From Candidatus Eiseniibacteriota bacterium (GTDB lineage Bacteria > Eisenbacteria > RBG-16-71-46), in the NCBI GenBank assembly GCA_963717505.1, contig OY970342.1, positions 1,248,001 to 1,312,000 on the forward strand: a DNA stretch of 64,000 bases, read 5' to 3'. The notes beneath the pieces were generated by a model. The model saw only the letters and a program-made list of their open reading frames with translations. It searched no databases and was not told the DNA's origin. Below, in pieces: positions 29,770-40,285 of the stretch. How positions within the stretch are numbered: the first letter of the stretch is position 1; each line of letters opens with the position of its first letter. A program made the position numbers and the translations under genes.

Positions 29770-30591
29770 ATGAACAGTCTGCTCTTGGCGATTCTAATCC
29801 CACTACACTTCACGGCACCCGCGGACACGGTGGGTGTGGGCGCGGGGGCGCTGGTGTACTTGCCGGCGCCTCCGGTCCACGCCTACGTCTTCCACCAGCT
29901 CGATTCGAACGGGACGTTGACGGCGACCCCGGGGTACGCGGACTCGGCTGGAAGCACGATTCTCATCCCCCACGCACCGGGAACGCGGGAAACGGTATGG
30001 CTCACGCCCGGTGCGGATGGCAACCCCGTGACGATCTACATCATGTCGCTCGATGCGGGTGGCAACCTGAGCGCCCCGAGCAACGGATGCGTCATTGGAG
30101 AGCTTTCGATTCCTGCCCAGTTGGCGATGCGCCGCAGGGCCGGGACCGCACTCGATGTGCCTCTCGTGAGGCAGGCGCAAGAACGCAGCGGCCAGGCAGC
30201 GCTCGCGATGGTCTTGAGCTACCACGGGGCCGCCCCCGCCGCGCTTCAGGAGGTGGAAGGCGCATACGATCCGGTTCTTCGTGGCTCGCGTATCACTGAC
30301 CTCGCTGGCGCCGCGCGCCGGGCGGGTTACGAAGCTGCGATCGCAACGCTCACGCCGGACTCGCTGATCTACCTCCTGAGTCATGGCGTGCCGCCGATTG
30401 TGCTCTATGCGTACGGATCCGGACCCGCAACGGGCGGACAGTTTGGCGTAGTCATTGGCTGGGATGCCACCGAGGCGTCTTTCACGCACGACGGTACTTC
30501 GCGTCGGCGCGTGGCGCGCCGCGATGAACTCGTGAAGTGGTGGGAGCCCGCCGGCTCGCAGGCGCTGATCGTCCGGCAGAGGGCCCCCTAG
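29770..30591 (+). CDS. Secreted protein with N-terminal beta-rich domain and catalytically inactivated C39-like domain
   Basis: QAQERSGQAAL (Cys to Ser) and GQFGVV (His to Gln); rest closely parallels 19127..19648. Confidence 0.8.
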   Translation: MNSLLLAILIPLHFTAPADTVGVGAGALVYLPAPPVHAYVFHQLDSNGTLTATPGYADSAGSTILIPHAPGTRETVWLTPGADGNPVTIYIMSLDAGGNLSAPSNGCVIGELSIPAQLAMRRRAGTALDVPLVRQAQERSGQAALAMVLSYHGAAPAALQEVEGAYDPVLRGSRITDLAGAARRAGYEAAIATLTPDSLIYLLSHGVPPIVLYAYGSGPATGGQFGVVIGWDATEASFTHDGTSRRRVARRDELVKWWEPAGSQALIVRQRAP

Positions 30592-30651
30592 TCAGCTCTG
30601 ATGGTCGGTCCCGCGCCGACGTGTAGCGCGGCAGGGGATCGACGAGGAAGG

Positions 30652-31338
30652 ATGAACGTCGTGCGAAACAATTTACGTTTCGCGAGTATGTCGGCCCTGG
30701 CCGCTCTGGTGCTGCTGGGGGCGCCGGGATGTGCCATGAACAATGCCAGCAAGGGCGCAATTGTCGGCGCCACCGCCGGCGGCATCGGAGGCGGGGTGAT
30801 CGGCAACCAAACGGGTTCGACGGCGCGGGGTGCAATCATCGGGGCCGTGGTCGGGGGGACGGCGGGAGCGATCATCGGCCAGCAGATGGACCAGCAGGCC
30901 AAGGAGATCGAGCAGAACGTTCCGGGTGCCGTGGTCGAACGAGTCGGCGAGGGCATTCAGGTCACGTTCGCGTCCGGACTGTTGTTCGACTTCGACTCCG
31001 ACGTCGTTCGGAGCAACGCAGCCGGCAACCTGAACGAGTTGGCCAAGAGTCTGAAGAAGTACGACGAAGCGAACCTCATGATCGTGGGTCACACCGACGC
31101 CCTCGGTAGTTCCGAGTACAACCAGGGCCTCTCCGACCGACGCGCCGGGTCGGCGAGTCGCTACCTGACCACGCGAGGAGTCACCCGCCACATCGCCACG
31201 GCGGGACTAGGGGAGCGCGAGCCGATCGGATCGAACACGACGGAATCCGGCCGGCAGCAGAATCGCCGCATCGAGCTCGCGATCTACGCGAGCGCAGCCC
31301 TGCAGGAAGATGCAAGGCGCGAGGCGGGCGGTCGCTGA
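30652..31338 (+). CDS. OmpA-family lipoprotein with Gly-zipper
   Basis: APGC lipobox; VGHTD, YNQGLSDRRA and QNRRIE peptidoglycan-binding motifs. Confidence 0.93.
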   Translation: MNVVRNNLRFASMSALAALVLLGAPGCAMNNASKGAIVGATAGGIGGGVIGNQTGSTARGAIIGAVVGGTAGAIIGQQMDQQAKEIEQNVPGAVVERVGEGIQVTFASGLLFDFDSDVVRSNAAGNLNELAKSLKKYDEANLMIVGHTDALGSSEYNQGLSDRRAGSASRYLTTRGVTRHIATAGLGEREPIGSNTTESGRQQNRRIELAIYASAALQEDARREAGGR

Positions 31339-31357
31339 ACCGAAAGAATCGAAATCG

Positions 31358-33085
31358 ATGTCCGTGCATCGGCTGATCCCGGCGTGTCGACAGCTACGAG
31401 GGTGCCTGCGTTCCCTGGTGCGGGTGGCCCTCGCCCTCGCCCTCGCCAGTTCGCTCTTGGGCTGTGCCCGGCACGTCGCCCAGGCCGCCGATGATGCCGG
31501 TGCCCCATTACGGAGCCTCGTCGAATCGAGTCGGCATCCCGACCTGCACTGGCCCGCATTTCCTGAGTTCGAGCTCGAGATCGCGCGGCTCTATGAACGC
31601 GCCGCCTGGCGGCCGTTGTGGCTCCGGGGCACGCGGCCCACCGAAGCCGCAACCCAACTGATCGCACACCTGGCAGGCGCCGACAGTCTCGGCCTCGAGC
31701 CTGCGGACTACGACGCAGAGTGGCTCGATCGGGCGGCACGCAAGCTTCTCGCGGAGCGCGGCACGCCGACGCTGGACGAGCTGGCTCGATTCGATCTCGG
31801 ATTGTCGGTGGCCGCCGTGCGCTTCGTTTCGGCGCTGCATCGGGGCCGGGTGAGTCCTCGCGTGGTCTACGCAGAACTCTTCATCCCCCGCGCGTCCCTG
31901 GCCGTCGAGATGGCGGTGGACTCGCTCCGCGATGACAAGCAGCAGGGTTCGATCCTGGAGCGACTGCAACCACGCTTCCTCCACTACCACCTGCTCAAGA
32001 ACGGTCTTGCTCGCTACCGCGCCCTGGAGCGCGACACGAGCCTGGTGCCACTCCTCGGACTGCCGCGCATCGTCAAGCCCGGGATGCGCCTTCACGCGGA
32101 GACCCGGCTGCGCCTCTTGCTCGAAGCGACCGGCGACCTGGCTCGCCCGGCGCACCGGAGTGCCGCGGCAGACACGGTCTACACGGCCGAACTGGTGGCG
32201 GGAGTGAAGCAGTTCCAGGTCCGCCAGGGGATCGAACCCGACGGCGTGATCGGCCCGGCCACGGCCGCGCGGCTCAATCGTCCGTTCGTGCAGCGCGTGC
32301 GGCAGATCGAACTGGCGCTGGAGCGCTTTCGTTGGCTGCCGGCCTCTTTCGCCAGGCCGCCGATCATCGTCAACATCCCGGCCTTCCGGCTCTACGCCTT
32401 TCGCGGTTCGATCGACCGAGAAGACGACATGCTCGCGATGGATGTCGTGGTCGGCGATGCCTTCGACACGCACACGCCGGTATTCGCCGCGGAAATGCGG
32501 TACCTGATCTTCCGTCCTTTCTGGGAGGTGCCGGAAAGCATCATGAAGGCCGAGCTGGGTCCGAAGGCGTTGAGCGACCCCGAGTTCTTGAAGCAGGAGG
32601 CCATGGTGCTGGTGAGCGGAGAGTCGGACCGAGCACCCGTGTTGCCCGCGACCCCCGAGAACCTGGCGAGGATCGGAAAGGACCTGCGTGTCCGCCAGCT
32701 TCCGGGGCCCCAGAATGCACTGGGTCTGGTGAAATTCATTCTGCCCAATGCCCACAACGTCTACCTGCATGACACGGCGGCGAAAGGACTCTTCTCGAGT
32801 TCGCGCCGCGACTTCAGCCACGGCTGTATCCGGTTGAGCGACCCCGTCGCCCTGGTGGCTCACGTGCTGAGGGACCAGCCCGACTGGTCGGTCGAGCGCA
32901 TTCGCGCAGCGATGGAAGGAGAGGACAACACGAGGGTAAACGTGTCCCTGCCGGTGCCGGTCCTCATCGTGTATGCAACGGCCATCACCCGTGAGAACGG
33001 CGAAGTCTACTTCTACTCCGACATCTACGGCCTGGACAAGGAACTGGACCAGCTCCTCGAGAAGGGCTATCCGTACCCGAAGTAG
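31358..33085 (+). CDS. L,D-transpeptidase, YcbB/LdtD type
   Basis: Scaffold domain, PG-binding FQVRQGIEPDGVIG, VNIPAFRL, YLHDT...FSHGCIRL. Confidence 0.93.
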   Translation: MSVHRLIPACRQLRGCLRSLVRVALALALASSLLGCARHVAQAADDAGAPLRSLVESSRHPDLHWPAFPEFELEIARLYERAAWRPLWLRGTRPTEAATQLIAHLAGADSLGLEPADYDAEWLDRAARKLLAERGTPTLDELARFDLGLSVAAVRFVSALHRGRVSPRVVYAELFIPRASLAVEMAVDSLRDDKQQGSILERLQPRFLHYHLLKNGLARYRALERDTSLVPLLGLPRIVKPGMRLHAETRLRLLLEATGDLARPAHRSAAADTVYTAELVAGVKQFQVRQGIEPDGVIGPATAARLNRPFVQRVRQIELALERFRWLPASFARPPIIVNIPAFRLYAFRGSIDREDDMLAMDVVVGDAFDTHTPVFAAEMRYLIFRPFWEVPESIMKAELGPKALSDPEFLKQEAMVLVSGESDRAPVLPATPENLARIGKDLRVRQLPGPQNALGLVKFILPNAHNVYLHDTAAKGLFSSSRRDFSHGCIRLSDPVALVAHVLRDQPDWSVERIRAAMEGEDNTRVNVSLPVPVLIVYATAITRENGEVYFYSDIYGLDKELDQLLEKGYPYPK

Positions 33086-33235
33086 GCTCCGCCCTGTCCG
33101 GACGCCATCGGGCTGCACGGCAGCGCCTTGCGAGTCTTCTCGCCGAATTGACCCCCAGCGACCGTGGATATGGGGTCCAATGTTTCGCCTGCAGCCCACC
33201 GAGTTCGCGAACCCAGATCCCCTCAGGGAGGTCTA

Positions 33236-34162
33236 TTGAACCCAGTTCACCGAATCGCCGCGCTTGCTTGCGGGTCCCTCACCCTGATTGCCGCCTCCGT
33301 GGCTATGCCCGCCCTACAGAGCACATCCTCGGCGCCCGATAGCTCGGTGGCCAGCGTCGACAGCACGCTCTCGCCGCTGCTGGACGTCATGGGCTCGAGT
33401 GGCAATGTGCGCGCCTTGATCGGAACACAGGCTTCGTTGGCGGAGAGCCTCACGCTGCAGCCGATCCTCTCCGGGGTGCCGCTCGGCACCCCCGGCGTGC
33501 ACCGGTTGGGTCTGCCCGCGCCCGACGGAGACCCGCTGGTGGTGGTGACGCTCGAGTCCTTCAAAGCAATGAAGGGCGCGCGACTCGATGACTACCACGT
33601 CGGACACTGGCCGACACATGGGATGGCCGCGCACGATCCGTCCTACGCCCCGCCTCCCGGGTTCATCGCGGTGACACCGGAAAACGAGTCGACTCCGGTC
33701 TCGAAACGATTCTGCCTGCGCGACTTCTTGACCCACGATCAGCAGGACGTGTGGCCCAAGGTTCTAGTGCTCCGCGTAGGGCTGTTGGACAAGCTCGAGC
33801 TCATCGGTGAAGCATTGGAGCGACGGAGGCTGCCCGGCTTGCTCCACGTCATGTCCGGCTTCCGCACGCCGCAGTACAACGCAAAAGGTGTGGGCCCGAG
33901 GGGCGGCCGCGCCAGCGCCAGCCGTCACATGTACGGGGACGCGGCCGACGTGATCGTGGACGCGAACGGAGATGGCGTGATGGATGATCTCGACGGCGAC
34001 GGAACAGTCACGATACGCGACGCGCGCGTGCTCTATGCGGTGGTCGAAGACGTCGAGGTCCAGTACCCCGAGCTCGCGGGCGGACTCTCCGCCTACCCGG
34101 CGAACTCGGCGCACGGTCCGTTCGTGCACGTCGACGCCCGCGGGGTCCGCGCCCGTTGGTAG
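33236..34162 (+). CDS. Peptidase M15A-like (YcbK/MepK-related) metallopeptidase
   Basis: GGAGG RBS before TTG; SGFRTP, SRHMYGDAAD, FVHVD; EF-hand-like DANGDG/DLDGDG insert. Confidence 0.85.
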   Translation: MNPVHRIAALACGSLTLIAASVAMPALQSTSSAPDSSVASVDSTLSPLLDVMGSSGNVRALIGTQASLAESLTLQPILSGVPLGTPGVHRLGLPAPDGDPLVVVTLESFKAMKGARLDDYHVGHWPTHGMAAHDPSYAPPPGFIAVTPENESTPVSKRFCLRDFLTHDQQDVWPKVLVLRVGLLDKLELIGEALERRRLPGLLHVMSGFRTPQYNAKGVGPRGGRASASRHMYGDAADVIVDANGDGVMDDLDGDGTVTIRDARVLYAVVEDVEVQYPELAGGLSAYPANSAHGPFVHVDARGVRARW

Positions 34163-34439
34163 GCTGCGAAGCTCGCGTGATCAGTTGAGTCACGCTCGTG
34201 CAAGGGCTTGCGCTATCGACGGGCCCCAAGCATTCCGTTGCCCTGATCGAAATGAAGCGACAAGATTGTCCTCAGGGTGACGAGTCCACCACCCCCAGCG
34301 AGTACGGTCCAGCTACTTCGCATCGTCCTTCTCAACATCTTGAATCTCGATGCGACGGATCGCTTCCGGTCCTGTTCACTTTGTGCCGGACGTCGGCGGC
34401 GATCATGGAAGTGCCGCTTTCACGGCAAGAAAGAACAAA

Positions 34440-34910
34440 ATGCTGACTGCTCAGGACAACGCTACCATCGTTCGCGCACACTACGACGCCTTCAATCGGC
34501 GCGAAATGGAAAAAGACCTCTCGCTCGTGACCGACGACGTGAAGTGGCTGAACATCCCGTTCAACGTCAACTTCAGCGGGCACAAGGGCTATCGCGAGTA
34601 CCTCCAGAACTGGACCACCGCGATGCCGGATTGCAAGGTCGAAGTCCTTCACACGGTCGTCGGTGAAGAATGGATTGCCGTCGAGTTCATCGGTCGTGGC
34701 ACCCACACCGGTCCGCTGGTCGGACCGTATGGAACGACCATTCCTGCGACGCAGAAGAAGCTCGACCTCAAGTTCTGTGAGCTCCTCCGAATCAAGGACG
34801 GTCAGATCGCCGAGGCGCGCGTCTACTTCGACGCGGCGACCATGATGCGGCAGCTCGGCCTACTGGCTCAGACATCCACGCCAGGCCAGCCGGCAACCAC
34901 CAGCGTCTAG
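34440..34910 (+). CDS. SnoaL-like/ester cyclase family protein
   Basis: NATIVRAHYDAFN, GRGTHTGPL, IKDGQIAEARVYFD. Confidence 0.88.
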   Translation: MLTAQDNATIVRAHYDAFNRREMEKDLSLVTDDVKWLNIPFNVNFSGHKGYREYLQNWTTAMPDCKVEVLHTVVGEEWIAVEFIGRGTHTGPLVGPYGTTIPATQKKLDLKFCELLRIKDGQIAEARVYFDAATMMRQLGLLAQTSTPGQPATTSV

Positions 34911-34964
34911 CTGACATTCCGTCTAGTTCTCCGCCGTGGTGCCCACACGAGGCCACGGCGGTTC

Positions 34965-35468
34965 TTAGTTTGTGTCGTCCCCGGGCTTCTGTGTTGCGTA
35001 GCCAGGGCCCAGCAGGGAGAGCAGCAGCCCTGCCACGCTCAGCACGGCGAGCACCAGGTGAAGAGGCAAAGCCCCCGACGTGCCGGTCAACGAGAGCGGC
35101 TTGAAGGAGCCGAGGGCGAAAACACCGAGCTGGCCGATCGCGGCCACGACGTAGGCCAGCGGAATCAGGACGCGATAGCGCGCCACGACGGTGACGAAGA
35201 GGACGCCCAGCACCAACTGCTCGAGCCCCATGCGTGCAAAGAGGGCCACCACGTTCTGCGCGGCCCCGGCGGGATAGGAATCGAGCGGGATGTGCGAGAT
35301 GGATTGAGCGCCGCCATCGGGGTTGAAGATGTGCCCCAAGCCCAGCGCCACCCTCATCAGCGTGATGACGACGAAGATCCAGAGCGCCACCGGGTAACCG
35401 CGATAGTCATTGCCAAGACGCTTCGGGAAGATCCGATCCATCAGGGGGGCTGCGCGGCCAGAGGGCAT
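34965..35468 (-). CDS. Hypothetical membrane protein (4 TM)
   Basis: Hydrophobic segments and HIFNPDGGAQSI motif; start uncertain. Confidence 0.7.
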   Translation of the reverse strand: MPSGRAAPLMDRIFPKRLGNDYRGYPVALWIFVVITLMRVALGLGHIFNPDGGAQSISHIPLDSYPAGAAQNVVALFARMGLEQLVLGVLFVTVVARYRVLIPLAYVVAAIGQLGVFALGSFKPLSLTGTSGALPLHLVLAVLSVAGLLLSLLGPGYATQKPGDDTN

Positions 35469-35488
35469 GGGCTCGCCGGGGCGCAACT

Positions 35489-36049
35489 CTACGGTTCGGA
35501 GTTGGACGGGGGTGGCGGCTCACCGTACGTGAACCACATGATCTTCGAGCCACCCGGATAGAGAACCACGACGTAGAGGCGGTCGTGCTCCTCGTCGCGA
35601 ATCGGGGGCACGGGCTTGCCGGTCAGAGCCGTGATCAACGCGGGCAGCGTGTTGCTATGGCCGACCACCAGCGCGGTTCCTCCGTGCGTTTCGTTGCGGA
35701 TGCGCCCGGCGTGGGCGGTGACATCGCGGCCGCGCAGCACGTGGAGGGAGTCTTTGAGGGTCCTAGCGATCGGTTCGGCCGTCGCCCGCGTGCGCTGCCA
35801 CTCGGTGACGAACACGGTCGAGATCTCGGCATGCCCGAGCATTCTGGCGAGGAGGTTCGCCCGCTCGATGCCGGCGGTGGTCAGCGGCGGGTCGTTTCCG
35901 GGCTTGGTCGTGTCTTTCTCGGCGTGACGGACCAGAAAGACGGTGAGCGTCGAATCGTCGGGTGCGGCGGCATGAGCCGCGCGACCGCTGATCGCTGAAA
36001 TCGAAAGCGCGAGAACAGTGACGGCGGCACGCCACGTGATCGACGCCAT
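35489..36049 (-). CDS. Secreted histidine phosphatase (SixA/PGM-like)
   Basis: Signal peptide; VRHAEK, RTRATA, VGHSNT. Confidence 0.88.
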   Translation of the reverse strand: MASITWRAAVTVLALSISAISGRAAHAAAPDDSTLTVFLVRHAEKDTTKPGNDPPLTTAGIERANLLARMLGHAEISTVFVTEWQRTRATAEPIARTLKDSLHVLRGRDVTAHAGRIRNETHGGTALVVGHSNTLPALITALTGKPVPPIRDEEHDRLYVVVLYPGGSKIMWFTYGEPPPPSNSEP

Positions 36050-36540
36050 CAATCGAACTCGCGCACCGGTGGCGGCTGGTCGGGCCCGACGCGGCCGGTT
36101 TCGATGTTGGCGCGGAAGTAGTTCTCGCCCTTGACCGGCGAGCCCGCGAGCCGCCGGAGCATGGTGAGCTGACCGGTGTGGGTCAGCGCGTCGGCGATCG
36201 GGCCGGCCAGGATGCGTTCGGCCGGCGCCCCAAGCGGCGCGTTGGAAGCGAGCGATTCGTCGAGCGATTTCAAAGTCGCGAAGAATCGCTCGACCTCGCG
36301 GTCCCACGGCAGTGGGTCGTGCTTCGGCCACGCTTCCTTGCCGCGCACGTGCGACAGCGCCCAGTCCATCAGGTCCCCGATGTGCGCGAGGATCTCGATC
36401 GGCGTGCGCGTGCTCGGCCCGGATTTGAACTCGGCGAAGTCAGCGGGCGCCCCGCGCACCGCCTTGCCGCAGCGGTACGCGAGTACCGCCACGGCATGGC
36501 GCAACAGCGCGCGGGCTCCCTGTGATTCGCCTACGAGCAC
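36049..36540 (-). CDS. DinB-like protein; start uncertain
   Basis: [32 protein letters not shown]. Confidence 0.78.
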   Translation of the reverse strand: MLVGESQGARALLRHAVAVLAYRCGKAVRGAPADFAEFKSGPSTRTPIEILAHIGDLMDWALSHVRGKEAWPKHDPLPWDREVERFFATLKSLDESLASNAPLGAPAERILAGPIADALTHTGQLTMLRRLAGSPVKGENYFRANIETGRVGPDQPPPVREFD

Positions 36541-39500
36541 CCCATCGAGTTGCCGCAGTTCAGGCACTTGAAGCACGTGCCGTTGCGGATCGTGATGTGC
36601 CCGCAGTGGTCGCACATCGGCGTGTCGCCCGAGAACTTGCTTGCGCTGGTACTCGACGCCACCGTCCCCGGTGCCGACCGCACTCGTCGAAACGTCGGGG
36701 CGAACCGGCGCGGGCGCCGTGGGTGCCGCCCAGCCGGAGCCGCAGCCGCCGGCTTCGAATGCCCATTGCCGTTCCCGCCGTTCGCGCGGTGCTCGTAGCC
36801 GACCGGGTGCTGCGCGGCGGATTCCTTGGGCGCCAGCATGTCCTCGGGCACTACGTGCGCGAGATCGGTGCGGCCCAGGTATTCGAGACCGAGCACCCGG
36901 AACACGTAGTCGACCACGCTGGTGCACGCGCGAATGTTCTCGTGGCCGTCGACGCGACCGTGCGGCTCGAAGCGCGTGAACGTGAACTGGTCGACCAGGT
37001 CGTTGAGCGGCACGCCGTACTGGAGGCCCATCGACACCGAGATGGCGAAGCAATTCATCATGCTGCGGAACGCGGCGCCCTCCTTGTGCATGTCGATGAA
37101 GATCTCACCCAGGGTGCCGTCTTCGTATTCGCCGGTCCGCAGGAACAGTTTGTGTCCAGAGATGCGCGCCTCCTGCGTGAAGCCGTGGCGGCGGCGCGGC
37201 AAACGGCGCCGGCGCAGCTTGGGCGGGCCGGCCGTGGCCGTGTCTTCCGCCTTCTTGCTGGTGGCCAGCGGCTGGCTCAGCTTGCTGCCGTCGCGATAGA
37301 GCGCGACCGCCTTGATTCCCAGGCGCCACGACTCCATGTAGATCTTCTCGACCTCCTCGACCGTTGCCTCCGGAGGCAGATTCACCGTCTTGCTGATCGC
37401 GCCCGAGATGAACGGCTGAACCGCGCCCATCATGCGCACGTGGCCCATCGGCAGGATGAAACGCGTGCTGTGCGGGCCGCAGCGATTGGCGCAGTCGAAC
37501 ACCGGCAGGTGCTCAGGCTTGAGGCCGGGCGCACCCTCGACTGTCTGAGTGCCGCACACATACGCGTTGGCTTCCTCGATCTGGGCGTCGGTGAAACCGA
37601 GGAACGGCAGCACGTTGAACGTCGGCTTCTCGCGCTCGGCGGTGCCGACCCCGAGCCGGGTGAGCAGATCCTCACCGAGCATGCCGCGCCCGAAGGCGAA
37701 GCGCAGGTCGAGCATGCCGCGCAACGAGTCCTCGATCCGGTCGATTTCCGCCGGCTGAAGGCCGCGCGCGTGCAAGGTGTCGCGATTGATGTGCGGTGAA
37801 CCCTGCAGGGTTCCGCTCCCGATCGCGTGGCGCACGATGCGCTCGAGCGTCGGGTCATCGTAGCCGAGACGCTTGAGTGCTCCGGGCACCGACTGATTGA
37901 CGATCTTGAAGTAGCCGCCGCCGGCCAGCTTCTTGAACTTGACCAACGCGAAGTCAGGCTCGACGCCGGTCGTGTCGCAGTCCATGAGCAGGCCGATGGT
38001 CCCGGTCGGCGCCAACACCGTCGCCTGCGCGTTCCGGTAGCCGTGCTTCATGCCGAGCGTCACCGCACGATCCCAGCACTCGACCGCCGCGGCCTTCATC
38101 TCGCGCGGCGCGTACTGGTGGTCGATCGCGCGCGCGGCGTCGCGGTGGAGCCGCATGACCTCGAGCATCGAGTCGCGGTTGTGCGCGTACCCGGCGAACG
38201 AAGCCTTGCTCGCCGCCATCTCGGCCGAGAGCGCGTAGGCCTCGCCGGTCATCATCGCGGTGATGCACGCCGCGTAGCCGCGCGCCGCCTCGCTGTCGTA
38301 AGGCAGGCCTTGCACCATGAGCAGCGTGCCCAGGTTGGCGTAGCCGAGCCCGAGCGGACGGTATTCGTGCGAGCGCTTGCCGATCCTCTCGGTGGGATAC
38401 GACGCGAAGTCGACCAGGATCTCCTGCGCCATGAAGAACACGCGATTCGCGTGCCGGTAGCCCTCGATGTCGAAGCCGCTGTCGTCGCGCACGAATTTCA
38501 TCAGATTGACCGACGCCAGATTGCATGCGGTGTCGTCCAAGAAGACAAATTCGGAGCACGGATTGGTCGCTTGAATGCGATCGGTCGCCTTGCACGTGTG
38601 CCACTTCTGGATGGTGTCGTCGAACTGGACGCCGGGGTCGGCGCACTGCCACGCCGCGTTCGCGATCTGATTCCACAGCTCGCGCGCCGGCTGCGTCTTC
38701 CACACCTTGCCGGTGGTGCGCAGCGTCGTGCTCCACGGCCCATCGGCGAGCACGGACTCCATGAACCGGTCGGGCACGCGCACCGAGTTGTTCGAGTTCT
38801 GGCCCGAAACGGTCGCGTAGGCGTCGCCGTTGAAGTCCGAGGAATAGCCGGCGGCGACCAGGGCCGCGACCTTCTTCTCCTCGCGCACCTTCCAGTTGAC
38901 GAACTCCTCGATCTCGGGGTGGTCCATGTCGAGCACCACCATCTTGGCGGCGCGCCGCGTGGTGCCGCCCGACTTGGTGGCGCCCGCGCCCCGGTCGAGC
39001 ACCTCGAGGAACGACATCAGGCCCGACGAGGTGCCGCCGCCCGAGAGCTTTTCCATGCGCCCGCGCAGCTTCGAGAAGTTGGTGCCAGTGCCCGAGCCGA
39101 ACTTGAAGACCCGCGCCTCGTTGCGCGCCAGATCGAAGATCGACATCAGGTCGTCGCCGACCGACTGGATGAAGCAGGCCGAAACCTGGGGCCGCGAATA
39201 CGAATCCTTGGTGACCTGGACCTCGCCGGTCGCGAGGTCGGTGTAGAAGTTCCCGCCCGAGCCCTGGATGGCGTACTCGTGCCACAGGCCGCAGTTGAAC
39301 CACACCGGGGAATTGAACGCGCCGACCTGGTGCACCAGCATGTAGGCCAGCTCGCTCTCGAAGGCGTCGGCATCCTCGCGGGTCGCGAAGTAGCCGCCCT
39401 GCTCCTCGCCCGAGCGGCGAATGGTGTGGGCGATCCGGTGGACGACCTGGCGCACGCTGGTCTCGTGGCCGGGGGTCGCGGGCAAGCCCGCCTTGCGGAA

Positions 39501-39734
39501 GTACTTGCTGACGACGATGTCGGTGGCGAGCTGGGACCACTCCGCCGGCACCTCGACGTCGTCCATGCGAAAGACGACCGAGCCGTCGGGGTTGGTGATC
39601 ACCGTGCGGCGGCGCTCCCAGACCACCTCGTCGAGCGGGTTGGCCCCGCGGCGGGTCCAGCGGCGCGGTACGCGCAAGCCTCGTCCGGCAAGGTCGGAGG
39701 TCGCGGCGGAATCCTTGAGAATCGTGTTGCTCAT
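36531..39734 (-). CDS. nrdJ: Class II (adenosylcobalamin-dependent) ribonucleotide reductase with fused TSCPD/Zn-ribbon C-terminus
   Basis: [19 protein letters not shown] catalytic motif, [21 protein letters not shown]...[11 protein letters not shown]. Confidence 0.96.
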   Translation of the reverse strand: MSNTILKDSAATSDLAGRGLRVPRRWTRRGANPLDEVVWERRRTVITNPDGSVVFRMDDVEVPAEWSQLATDIVVSKYFRKAGLPATPGHETSVRQVVHRIAHTIRRSGEEQGGYFATREDADAFESELAYMLVHQVGAFNSPVWFNCGLWHEYAIQGSGGNFYTDLATGEVQVTKDSYSRPQVSACFIQSVGDDLMSIFDLARNEARVFKFGSGTGTNFSKLRGRMEKLSGGGTSSGLMSFLEVLDRGAGATKSGGTTRRAAKMVVLDMDHPEIEEFVNWKVREEKKVAALVAAGYSSDFNGDAYATVSGQNSNNSVRVPDRFMESVLADGPWSTTLRTTGKVWKTQPARELWNQIANAAWQCADPGVQFDDTIQKWHTCKATDRIQATNPCSEFVFLDDTACNLASVNLMKFVRDDSGFDIEGYRHANRVFFMAQEILVDFASYPTERIGKRSHEYRPLGLGYANLGTLLMVQGLPYDSEAARGYAACITAMMTGEAYALSAEMAASKASFAGYAHNRDSMLEVMRLHRDAARAIDHQYAPREMKAAAVECWDRAVTLGMKHGYRNAQATVLAPTGTIGLLMDCDTTGVEPDFALVKFKKLAGGGYFKIVNQSVPGALKRLGYDDPTLERIVRHAIGSGTLQGSPHINRDTLHARGLQPAEIDRIEDSLRGMLDLRFAFGRGMLGEDLLTRLGVGTAEREKPTFNVLPFLGFTDAQIEEANAYVCGTQTVEGAPGLKPEHLPVFDCANRCGPHSTRFILPMGHVRMMGAVQPFISGAISKTVNLPPEATVEEVEKIYMESWRLGIKAVALYRDGSKLSQPLATSKKAEDTATAGPPKLRRRRLPRRRHGFTQEARISGHKLFLRTGEYEDGTLGEIFIDMHKEGAAFRSMMNCFAISVSMGLQYGVPLNDLVDQFTFTRFEPHGRVDGHENIRACTSVVDYVFRVLGLEYLGRTDLAHVVPEDMLAPKESAAQHPVGYEHRANGGNGNGHSKPAAAAPAGRHPRRPRRFAPTFRRVRSAPGTVASSTSASKFSGDTPMCDHCGHITIRNGTCFKCLNCGNSMGCS

Positions 39735-40285
39735 AGGGGACCTCCCTGGTCCACGCGAAGAAAGCTCTCGTCCCTGACAGCGGCGAGCCGAGACGATCCG
39801 GCGGGGCGCAGCTCGAATCCGGCTCGGTACGGCGCTGATCCTGTGACTTCTTGTCTTCGCGTGCGTGGGTTGAAGACAACAAATGCTCGCGGGCGTGGAG
39901 TCGTTGGGTCGCGAGCAGTGCGGGGCTTTATACCACCGAGGACCGTCGCGGCCGCAAGCGCGTTTTTCAGATCGAATGACGCGGCCTCGATCGAGGTCGC
40001 GACGTTTCGATCAGGTTTCAGCGGCGTTACGAGCGATCGTCTCGCTTCGACCCGTGGAACGGTCGCCGTGAAACGTGACCTAGAAATGACCTGCTGCATG
40101 ACCCAAACCCCGCGGTACTCGTTCCGAAATCCGGTCACGGGCTTCGGATATCCGTCAGGAGATTACGCCCATCGCAGCGAGTGCACAAGCGTGCAGGTCG
40201 GGGCCGTCGTCCGGACGTTGCTCCTGCGAGGCCTTGCTCGGGTTAGTCTCGCGAGGTCGATTCCCCCAATCGGAGGAGGCAACGC

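Noticed and set aside
39735-40285. NrdR boxes or cobalamin riboswitch upstream of nrdJ
   Set aside because: Only a weak partial match (acaacaaatgct); no B12-box or other riboswitch core motifs
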